Shown here in pieces: positions 56,087 through 64,000 of a DNA stretch of 64,000 nucleotides; the first letter of the stretch is position 1, and each line of letters begins with the position of its first letter. Source of the DNA: an uncultured Gammaproteobacteria bacterium (GTDB lineage: Bacteria; Patescibacteriota; Microgenomatia; Levybacterales; UBA12049). The translations under genes were made by a program, and so were the position numbers. The notes beneath the pieces are model-generated. The model was not told the DNA's origin. It searched no databases and saw only the letters and a program-made list of their open reading frames with translations. The stretch is from assembly GCA_964637955.1 (NCBI GenBank), contig CAZWXQ010000003.1:31154-95153 (forward strand), written 5' to 3'.

Positions 56087-58356
56087 TAAAAAAGCTTATT
56101 CCGGTTTTGGGATTTGTAATCATTACATCAGTGTTTTTTTGGCAATTCCTGTTTAAAGGATTGTTGCCAATTCCAGCGGACACAATAGTCGGTCTTTATC
56201 ATCCTTATCGTGATATTTATTCAAGTACTGATTCTGGTGGAATACCATTTAAAAATTTTTTAATAACAGATCCTGTTAGGCAGCAATATCCATGGAGAAA
56301 TTTATCTATTAATTCTTTTAAGAATTTGGATCTTCCAATATGGAATCCATATTCTTTTTCAGGAACTCCAAATTTAGCAAATTTTCAATCCGGAGTATTT
56401 TATCCATTTAATTTTATATTTTTTATTATCAGTTTTGAATACGCCTGGTCGATCCTTATTATTCTTCAGCCACTTATGGCTGGAATTTTTTTATATTTTT
56501 ATCTTAGAAATTTAAAGCTTGATGAGTACTCCAGTTTTTTTGGTGGCATAGTATTTGCTTTTTCTGGATTTTTTGTGACTTGGCTTGAATGGGGAACAGT
56601 ACTTAGTACTGCATTGTGGCTTCCTCTAATTTTACTTAGCATAGATAAAATAATTTTTTATGGTGGAAGAAATGAAAAAATTTCATTTTTGAAATTTAAA
56701 TTATCAAAATTAATTCTCTGGTGTTTAGTATTAATTTTTTCATCAACCACATCTTTTTTCGCAGGACATTTGCAAACATTTTTTTACCTTTTTATTTTCT
56801 CTGTTATTTATTTCGTCTTAAGAATTTGGAAATTAAAAAATAAAATTAAGATTATTTCTTTATTTTTAACTTCTAGTGTCTTAATTTTCATTATCAGTTT
56901 GCCACAACTATTGCCAACCTTAAAATTTATTTTATTGTCAGGAAGAGAGGTAGATCAGTTTGTATGGCAGAAAGATGGATGGTTTATTCCAGTTCAGCAT
57001 TTAGTGCAATTTGTGATCCCTGATTTTTTTGGAAATCCTAGCACCTTAAATTATTGGGGAATATGGAATTATGGAGAGTTAACTGGATTTGTGGGAATAG
57101 TTGCATTGATATTTTCAATTTACGCAGCAATATTTCGAAGAGATAAAAAAACATTTTTATTAATTTTAGCAATTATATTATGTTTGATTTTGGCAATCTC
57201 CAATCCAATTTCAAAAATTCCATTTATTTTTAATTTTCCATTTATTTCAACGGCACAGCCAACAAGACTATTATTTATAGTTGATTTTGCTCTTAGTATT
57301 CTTGCAGCATTAGGACTAAATTATTTTATTTATAAAGGTAGATTTCGAGAAATTATTTTCCCAATCGGGATAATTGGATCAATATTTATTCTATTTTTCT
57401 TATCTTTAAAGTTGGGAATAATTCCTAATGTAGATATACATAATATAAATGTTGCAACGAGGAATATCTATTTTCCTGCAATGATTTTCATACTTTTAAC
57501 TTTTATTATTCTACTCTACCCTTTAGTAAAGAATAAATTTAAGCCGTATTTTTTAATTCTTTTAATACTTTTAACTGTTGCAGAGTTGTTTAGATTTTCA
57601 TGGAAATTCAACACGTTTTCAAAAAGTGCCTATCTTTATCCTGAAAATTTAACTATTCATTATCTTAAGAAGAATGTAGGAGATTTTAGAATTGCTACTA
57701 ATGACTCTAGAATTATGGCGCCAAACTTTTTTATTATGCATAATCTTCAATCTATTGAAGGATACGACCCACTTTATCTTGAAAGATATGCTGAGTTTAT
57801 TTCTGCAATAAATAGAAATAGTCCAGATATAGCTCCACCTTTTGGATTTAATAGGATACTAAGAATAGAAAACTTTTCATCTAATCTGATAGACCTTTTA
57901 GGTGTCAAATATGTATTAAGCATTTCTGATATCAATTCTCCTGGATATAAAAAAGTATTTGAGAGTGGTCAGACGCAAGTGTTTGAAAATGAAGACGTTT
58001 TGCCGAGAGTATTTTTCGTGAGAGAAGTAAAATTGGCGAAAAATAAAAATGAAGCCATAAAGTTAATGTTTGATAAAGAGTTTGATCCAAGAAATCAAGC
58101 TGTTGTTGAGGAAGGAGAAACAACCAATTCAAGTATGGGAAACGCAAAGATTATCAAATATTCTGAAAATGAAATTATAGTTGAAACAGTAAATAATGGG
58201 CCAGGATTCTTGGTTTTGACAGATTCGTTTTACCCATCTTGGCATGTTAAGATTAATGGAGTTGAGAAAAGAATTATAATAACTGATTTTAATTTCCGTG
58301 GGGTATTTGTTCCAGCCGGTAAAAATGAAATAATTTTTGAAAACAAAATTTTATGA
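56083..58356 (+). CDS. YfhO-family membrane protein (GT-C-like)
   Basis: Typical YfhO N-terminus (FFWQFLFKG...P.PADT) and a C-terminal soluble domain ending in the FYPSWHVKING motif. Confidence 0.65.
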   Translation: MIKKLIPVLGFVIITSVFFWQFLFKGLLPIPADTIVGLYHPYRDIYSSTDSGGIPFKNFLITDPVRQQYPWRNLSINSFKNLDLPIWNPYSFSGTPNLANFQSGVFYPFNFIFFIISFEYAWSILIILQPLMAGIFLYFYLRNLKLDEYSSFFGGIVFAFSGFFVTWLEWGTVLSTALWLPLILLSIDKIIFYGGRNEKISFLKFKLSKLILWCLVLIFSSTTSFFAGHLQTFFYLFIFSVIYFVLRIWKLKNKIKIISLFLTSSVLIFIISLPQLLPTLKFILLSGREVDQFVWQKDGWFIPVQHLVQFVIPDFFGNPSTLNYWGIWNYGELTGFVGIVALIFSIYAAIFRRDKKTFLLILAIILCLILAISNPISKIPFIFNFPFISTAQPTRLLFIVDFALSILAALGLNYFIYKGRFREIIFPIGIIGSIFILFFLSLKLGIIPNVDIHNINVATRNIYFPAMIFILLTFIILLYPLVKNKFKPYFLILLILLTVAELFRFSWKFNTFSKSAYLYPENLTIHYLKKNVGDFRIATNDSRIMAPNFFIMHNLQSIEGYDPLYLERYAEFISAINRNSPDIAPPFGFNRILRIENFSSNLIDLLGVKYVLSISDINSPGYKKVFESGQTQVFENEDVLPRVFFVREVKLAKNKNEAIKLMFDKEFDPRNQAVVEEGETTNSSMGNAKIIKYSENEIIVETVNNGPGFLVLTDSFYPSWHVKINGVEKRIIITDFNFRGVFVPAGKNEIIFENKIL

Positions 58357-59291
58357 AAATAAGTATAGTTATTCCAAGCTACAATAGTGAAAATGTTCTT
58401 AAAAAAAATATACCAAATGTAGTAAGTTCTATCGAGGAGTTTTCTGATAACTGTGAAATAATAATAAGAGATGACTTTTCAACAGACGATTCTGTTAAAG
58501 TTATAAAAGAGTTAGTTGAAAAAAATAAAAAAACTAAAATAAAATTATTTATTTCAAACAGGAATCAGGGTTTTTCTTCGAACGTAAACAATGCTGTTAA
58601 AGAAGCTGCAGGAGAAATAGTTATTTTACTCAATACTGATGTTTCGCCAAGTAAGAATTTTATAGCACCACTGTTGAAGCATTTTGATGATGAAAATGTT
58701 TTTGCAGTGGGATGTTTAGATGAAAGCTTGGAGGATGGGAAAATTGTAAAAAGAGGACGAGGGAAGGGAAAATGGATTCGTGGATTCATGCTTCATAGCG
58801 CTGCTGACATTGACTCTACTGATATGAGTACGCTTTGGGTAAGTGGAGGTAGTGGTGCATTTAAAAAAAGTATTTGGGAAAAGTTAGGAGGGCTAGATGA
58901 GATCTATAACCCTTTTTATTGGGAGGACATTGACCTTTCTTATAGAGCGCTGAAATCTGGATATAAAATTATTTTTGAAAAAAATAGCACAGTCAGACAT
59001 GAGCATGAAGAGGGAGTAATAAAGAAAAAATTCAAATCAAAAAAAGTGAATGATATTGTTTATCGAAATCAATTTATTTTTGCTTGGAAGAATTCTGATT
59101 TAATCAATTTGCTTAAAAGTATTATTTGGTTGCCATATCATTTGTTTAATTCTTTGTTATCAAGAAATTCGTCTATGTTGATAGGTTTTTTTTGTGCAGT
59201 TAGAAGAGCACCTTCAATAATTAAATCCAGAAGAATAAATTCTAAAATTTTTGTACTCTCGGATAATGAAGTCATCGCTAAAATAAATTAA
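58353..59291 (+). CDS. Family 2 glycosyltransferase
   Basis: ISIVIPSYNSE, IIRDDFSTDDS, LLNTDV, WEDIDLSYR motifs. Confidence 0.8.
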   Translation: MKISIVIPSYNSENVLKKNIPNVVSSIEEFSDNCEIIIRDDFSTDDSVKVIKELVEKNKKTKIKLFISNRNQGFSSNVNNAVKEAAGEIVILLNTDVSPSKNFIAPLLKHFDDENVFAVGCLDESLEDGKIVKRGRGKGKWIRGFMLHSAADIDSTDMSTLWVSGGSGAFKKSIWEKLGGLDEIYNPFYWEDIDLSYRALKSGYKIIFEKNSTVRHEHEEGVIKKKFKSKKVNDIVYRNQFIFAWKNSDLINLLKSIIWLPYHLFNSLLSRNSSMLIGFFCAVRRAPSIIKSRRINSKIFVLSDNEVIAKIN

Positions 59292-60704
59292 ATGAGTAAA
59301 ATGATGCAGATTATTAAAAAATATAAATACGAAATTATTGCAATTTTATTATGTTTTATTTTTGGAGCTGCAGGAATTTTAGTTTCTTTGAATCGTTTTT
59401 GGCAATATGATAGTTCTTTGATAGACTTCGGACAGTTTGATCAAGCTATATGGAAAATATCTAGATTCCATGAGCCGATAATTTATCATTTTATTCATGG
59501 AAAAATAAATGTTTTAGGTGATCATTTCACACCAAGCGTATTTATACTCTCTCCACTTTATTGGTTTACTGATAAAAGTGAAATTATATTGATAGCCCAA
59601 GCGGTTGCTGTTGCATTAAGTGGATTATTCTTATTTGATATTGGAAAAAACGTACTTAAAAATAAACCTTTAGCTTTGAGTATTCTGATTTCATATTTCC
59701 TTTTTGTTGGTTTACAAAATGCTGTAATTACGGAATTTCATGAACTTACATTAATGACGCTTTTTTTAATGATTACATTTTGGTCTATTATTAGGAATAA
59801 GATTTTACTTTTCTTCGTTTTTTTAATACTGACTCTTGGTTTTAAGGAGGTTACGTTTTCTCTTGGAATTGGCTTGGGAATCGCACTAATGTTACTAAAA
59901 AAAGAATGGAGAAAGATTGGAATTAGCACCATTATTATATCGATAATTTGGGGAACACTTTCTTTTAAGGTTTTTATTCCACACTTCGCATCGGGAGATT
60001 ATTTGTATGCTTCAAATCTTCCAAATGGTTTATTCGAAAAAGCATATTCTCTTATAGACGAACCTCAGAAAAGACATACTCTTCTTTTTAGTTTTTTTAG
60101 TTTTTCTTTCCTACCTTTTTTATCTCCAGAATTTTGGCTGATGATACTTCAGGATTATGCAACGAGATTTATGCCAATAGGTTTTATTACTCGTTGGGAT
60201 TTGGGCTTACATTATAATGCGCAGTCAGCTGTTATTCTTTCTCTTGCATCTATTTACGGATTAAAGAGATTATTAAAAATAAAGATAATTGATAAACATA
60301 AATTAATTATTTCCTTGATTATAATTGCTAATTCATTTTTCTTATTTAGATTTGTCTTACATGGGCCATTTATGCTTGCGGTTAATCCAGCATTTTATGC
60401 ACATACAAAAGACTTTAAATTTTTAGATGATTTGGTTAATAAGGTTCCAAGAAATGCATCTATAATGACTCAAAATAATTTAGCAACAAGATTTACTCAT
60501 CAAAACATAAGGCTTGTTACTACTGATTATGCAAATTCAATGCCCGATTTTATTCTTTTAGACTTAAGAAGTGGACAGAATCCTAATAATTATTTTGGCT
60601 CAGGTGATCTTGGATTAATACTCGGTCAATTAAAAAAAGATACAAGATACGAATTGATAACAAATACAGGTGATCAATACCTCTTTAAAAAGCGTTCTTT
60701 ATGA
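59292..60704 (+). CDS. DUF2079-like polytopic membrane protein (GT-C candidate)
   Basis: LIDFGQFDQAIW N-terminal motif and ~10 TM segments. Confidence 0.45.
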   Translation: MSKMMQIIKKYKYEIIAILLCFIFGAAGILVSLNRFWQYDSSLIDFGQFDQAIWKISRFHEPIIYHFIHGKINVLGDHFTPSVFILSPLYWFTDKSEIILIAQAVAVALSGLFLFDIGKNVLKNKPLALSILISYFLFVGLQNAVITEFHELTLMTLFLMITFWSIIRNKILLFFVFLILTLGFKEVTFSLGIGLGIALMLLKKEWRKIGISTIIISIIWGTLSFKVFIPHFASGDYLYASNLPNGLFEKAYSLIDEPQKRHTLLFSFFSFSFLPFLSPEFWLMILQDYATRFMPIGFITRWDLGLHYNAQSAVILSLASIYGLKRLLKIKIIDKHKLIISLIIIANSFFLFRFVLHGPFMLAVNPAFYAHTKDFKFLDDLVNKVPRNASIMTQNNLATRFTHQNIRLVTTDYANSMPDFILLDLRSGQNPNNYFGSGDLGLILGQLKKDTRYELITNTGDQYLFKKRSL

Positions 60705-60717
60705 TAGAATAAAAATT

Positions 60718-61419
60718 ATGAAATTATCTATAATCATTCCTGTATTCAATGAAGAAAAAACTATTGCAAAGCTTATCGATAAGGTTGATGCGGTTAAAAT
60801 TCCCGGTATAACAAAGGAAATAATTGTTGTAGATGATGGATCAACTGATAAAACAGCTCAAAATATCCCAAAAAATAAGGTTAAATTTATAGAACACACT
60901 GTCAATCAGGGTAAAGGAGCAGCAGTAAAAACCGGAATTGATAGCGCCACGGGAGACTATGTAATTATCCAGGATGCAGACCTTGAGTATGATCCTGAGC
61001 AAATTAAAATTTTGATTCAACCAATTCTTAGTAAGGAAGCAAAAGTTGTTTATGGCACGAGGTTAAATAGGCGCCCTCATTTTAAGAATGAAGAAAGAAA
61101 TTTTAGATTTATGCTTCACTACATGGGTAATAGATCACTAAGCTTGATTACAAGCGTGCTTTATGGGAGTTGGTTGACAGATATGGAAACTTGCTATAAA
61201 TTATTTCCCACAGAAGTAGGAAAAAAATTTAACCTTAGAGCAAAAAGGTTTGATTTTGAACCAGAAATTACAGCAAAACTTTTAAAGGCTGGATATAAAA
61301 TTTTGGAAATTCCAATTACTACAGTTCCCAGAGATTATGGAGAAGGAAAAAAACTCAGGACATTTCATGATGGATCCATCGCACTTTACACTCTAATTAA
61401 ATACAGAATTTATGACTGA
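60718..61419 (+). CDS. Family 2 glycosyltransferase (dolichol-phosphate mannosyltransferase-like)
   Basis: LSIIIPVFNEE, IVVDDGSTDKT, QDADLEYDP motifs. First ATG after the in-frame stop is at 60718. Confidence 0.8.
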   Translation: MKLSIIIPVFNEEKTIAKLIDKVDAVKIPGITKEIIVVDDGSTDKTAQNIPKNKVKFIEHTVNQGKGAAVKTGIDSATGDYVIIQDADLEYDPEQIKILIQPILSKEAKVVYGTRLNRRPHFKNEERNFRFMLHYMGNRSLSLITSVLYGSWLTDMETCYKLFPTEVGKKFNLRAKRFDFEPEITAKLLKAGYKILEIPITTVPRDYGEGKKLRTFHDGSIALYTLIKYRIYD

Positions 61420-63091
61420 TTCTGTTTTAAAAAATAAGATCTACTTACTGCTCTTTGCAGTTGTCTTCATTTCCGCTTTTTTAAGATTTTATAAAATAGA
61501 TCAAGTGCCTGTGTCGCTTTATTGGGATGAGGTTTCAATCTCATATAATGCATATTCGATAGTCGAAACAGGAAAAGATGAGCTTGGTGATAGATTGCCT
61601 CTTCTTTTTAGAGCATTTGAGGACTACAAAACTCCCGGATATATTTATTTTACTGCTGTTGCGATTAAAATTTTTGGTCTTAATGAGTTTTCAACAAGAG
61701 TTAGCTCGGCATTTCTTGGAACGATAACGGTTTTAGTTACTTTTTTTTTGATAAAGGAATTATTAGAGAAAAAAGTTTTCGAATTTGGCTCCGAATATGT
61801 TGCGATACTTGTTGCATTCTTGCTGGCTATTTCTCCGTGGCATATCCAATTTTCAAGAGCAGGTTTTGAAGCAAACTCGGGTTTATTTTTTGTAGTTTTT
61901 GGTGCATATCTTTTTTTTAGATTCATAAATACCCTATCTTATAAATTTTTGTATTTATCAATGGTAAGTTTTGCTGTAAGCATATATTTTTATAGAAGCA
62001 TATGGATATTCACTCCATTATTTTTATTATCAATATTTGTAATTTATTATAAAGATTTGTTCATTAAAGAAAAAATATTAAAATCCCTTTTGGCAATTTT
62101 GATATTTATCGCTTTATTGTCTCCATTTGCTCATGTGATGGTTTCCGGAAACGGTTTGGCAAGAGCAAGTCAAGTGTCGCTGACAGCAAGTTATAGCGAT
62201 GAGGTTTATAAGTTTGCAGTTAAGCAAGAGCAAGTGGGAGGTCTAGCTGGTAAAATAATATATAACAGAAGATTAGTATATCTTTCCGAAGGAATTAAAG
62301 CTTATTTTTCTCATTTCTCTCCTAAATTTTTATTTATAAATGGAGATGGAAATGGTAGACACGGTGTAAAAGGGATGGGTGTATTTTATCTTTGGGGAAT
62401 CGTGTTTATTATTCCTGGATTTCTAGCATTATCTAAGTATGATAGGAAAACAAAGCTAGTTATTCTAGCATGGTTCTTGATTGCTCCCATACCTGCAGCT
62501 CTTGCTTTGCCTGCGCCTCATGCATTAAGGAGTCTCAATATGATTCCTATGCCACAGATAATAATTGCGCTCGGAATTATTTGGGTATATTTTTTCATAA
62601 ATATAAAATACAGAAAAGCTTTTTTTGCGGCTATGATTGGAATTATTTTATGTTTCTGTATAAATTACCTGACAATTTATTTCGGTGACAATGCAAGAAA
62701 AACAAGTTCAGACTGGGGAGATGGATACAAGCAGCTGTCTGAGTATGTGTTTCAGAATGAAAATAATTATGAAAAGATTTTAATATCAGGTCATTACTGG
62801 CAGCCATATATTTATTTTTTGTTTTATAAAGAATATGACCCTGAATTATTTCAAAAATCAGGTAGTAAATCAGGATTCGATAAATATATATTTGGAGGTA
62901 CAAGTTGGGATATGAGTGGAAAAGAACTTGGAGATCAAGATTTAGAAAAATTATCAGGCACAAAAAATTTTCTAGTTGCTCTTTCGCCTTCTGAGTATTC
63001 ATATCAGGAAAATAAAATAAAAGTTGTCAAAGAGATAGTAAACCATAATAATGAATTAGTGTTCATAATTGGAGAATTAAAAAATGATTAA
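61412..63091 (+). CDS. GT39/PMT_2-family membrane glycosyltransferase
   Basis: YWDEVSISYNAYSI...GDRLPLLFRAFEDYKTPGYIY loop-1 block. Confidence 0.6.
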   Translation: MTDSVLKNKIYLLLFAVVFISAFLRFYKIDQVPVSLYWDEVSISYNAYSIVETGKDELGDRLPLLFRAFEDYKTPGYIYFTAVAIKIFGLNEFSTRVSSAFLGTITVLVTFFLIKELLEKKVFEFGSEYVAILVAFLLAISPWHIQFSRAGFEANSGLFFVVFGAYLFFRFINTLSYKFLYLSMVSFAVSIYFYRSIWIFTPLFLLSIFVIYYKDLFIKEKILKSLLAILIFIALLSPFAHVMVSGNGLARASQVSLTASYSDEVYKFAVKQEQVGGLAGKIIYNRRLVYLSEGIKAYFSHFSPKFLFINGDGNGRHGVKGMGVFYLWGIVFIIPGFLALSKYDRKTKLVILAWFLIAPIPAALALPAPHALRSLNMIPMPQIIIALGIIWVYFFINIKYRKAFFAAMIGIILCFCINYLTIYFGDNARKTSSDWGDGYKQLSEYVFQNENNYEKILISGHYWQPYIYFLFYKEYDPELFQKSGSKSGFDKYIFGGTSWDMSGKELGDQDLEKLSGTKNFLVALSPSEYSYQENKIKVVKEIVNHNNELVFIIGELKND

Positions 63092-64000
63092 AAACAAAAG
63101 CGTTTTATTCCTTGGATTAATATTATTAATTGGCGTATTTTTAAGATTTATTATTTTGGGAAGTGTTCCAGGATCTTTAAATTGGGATGAGGTTTCATGG
63201 GGTTATAATGCATATTCTATTTCGGAAACAGCTCGTGATGAGTACGGTAAGCTCTTGCCTCTCTCTTTTAAAGCCTTTGGTGACTTTAAACAACCCGTTT
63301 ACATATATTTAGATGCATTTTTCGTAAAAGCATTTGGATTAAATGCATTCAGTGTAAGATTTGCTTCCGCTTTTTTTGGAAGCCTGAGTATTCTTCTTGT
63401 CTACTTCATGGTTAAAGAAATATTCATAAAACGAGTCGAGCGTGAGAAATTAGCCTTGTTAAGTGCATTCTTTTTTGCGATTTCACCTTGGTCAATTCAA
63501 TTTAGCCGCGTAGCATATGAAGCAAATCTTGGACTATTTTTTGTTATCCTAGGAGTTTTTATATTCTTTAAAGGATTGAATTCTAGAAAATATTGGCTTC
63601 TTTTTTTGTCTGTAGTTCCTTTTACGATCTCAGGATTCACTTATCATAGTCTAAAAATATTTATGCCAATATTCTTTATTTCTTTGATTATATATTCACT
63701 GAAAAAAGCCACCGCTAAAAAAATTCTTGCACTCTTGTTAATTTTTTACATAGCTTTAAATTTAATTTGGGTATTAGATTCCAGAACGACATCCAGGGGC
63801 AGAAGTGTAACATTTTTTCAGGAACCATCAAAAATATTAGAAATTCCTATTAAAGAACTTGATTCAGACAAAATAAGTCACGATTATTTAGGTGTTTTGA
63901 TCCACAACAGGAGAGTGGTTTTTGTAAACACATATATATCAAATTATTTGATGCATTTCGATCCTTCCTATTTATTTATGAAAGGTGATAATCCAAGACA
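63084..64000 (+). CDS. GT39/PMT_2-family membrane glycosyltransferase, paralogue of 61412-63091, 3' partial
   Basis: NWDEVSWGYNAYSISETARDEYGKLLPLSFKAFGDFKQPVYIY block. Frame is open to the window end. Not in the ORF track because no stop is reached. Confidence 0.6.
   Translation, partial: MIKNKSVLFLGLILLIGVFLRFIILGSVPGSLNWDEVSWGYNAYSISETARDEYGKLLPLSFKAFGDFKQPVYIYLDAFFVKAFGLNAFSVRFASAFFGSLSILLVYFMVKEIFIKRVEREKLALLSAFFFAISPWSIQFSRVAYEANLGLFFVILGVFIFFKGLNSRKYWLLFLSVVPFTISGFTYHSLKIFMPIFFISLIIYSLKKATAKKILALLLIFYIALNLIWVLDSRTTSRGRSVTFFQEPSKILEIPIKELDSDKISHDYLGVLIHNRRVVFVNTYISNYLMHFDPSYLFMKGDNPR

Noticed and set aside
1-64000. CRISPR array / cas genes
   Set aside because: No regularly spaced direct repeats of 24-40 bp with unique spacers anywhere in the window. 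The only perfect direct repeat (22 bp at 40429 and 41680) occurs twice, 1.2 kb apart, and flanks a gene.

Overview
Likely a Candidate Phyla Radiation (Patescibacteria)-type segment, judged from composition and gene content: low GC (~30-35%), standard code (TGA used as stop), tightly packed genes mostly without Shine-Dalgarno sequences. The first 22 kb carries housekeeping and cell-envelope genes: IMPase, NUDIX, YqeY, an ABC transporter pair, CCA-adding enzyme, RecJ, a short archaeal-type AspRS, D-Ala-D-Ala carboxypeptidase, GluRS, DgkA, an L,D-transpeptidase, CapA-like, a SurA-N-like protein, a CaCA exchanger and an HAD hydrolase. It ends with a giant 1752-aa ORF carrying an N-terminal HExxH metallopeptidase-like module. 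The 22-41.8 kb stretch is mosaic and accessory-like. It holds several ORFs with higher GC than their surroundings: nicotinamidase PncA, an NRAMP transporter, a SAM methyltransferase and several hypotheticals. Two of these carry a perfect AAGGAGGTGA ribosome-binding site. The stretch also holds two tRNA genes with nearby repeat scars: a tRNA-Gln(CUG) abutted by a GIY-YIG nuclease gene plus orphan tRNA 5' and 3' fragments, and a tRNA-Glu(CUC) followed by a perfect 22-bp direct repeat flanking a high-GC ORF. Other features there are a recurring GC-rich intergenic motif family resembling the tRNA-Gln 3' end, Nth, a DUF1003-like protein and Lon, with structured flanks around Lon. From 41.8 kb to the window end a single-strand ~22-kb glycosylation island carries seven GT2, one GT4, a Wzx-like flippase and at least nine polytopic GT-C-like membrane proteins, including paralogous pairs. 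I found no rRNA, CRISPR array, integrase or transposase. All product calls rest on motif recognition by eye and need database confirmation.
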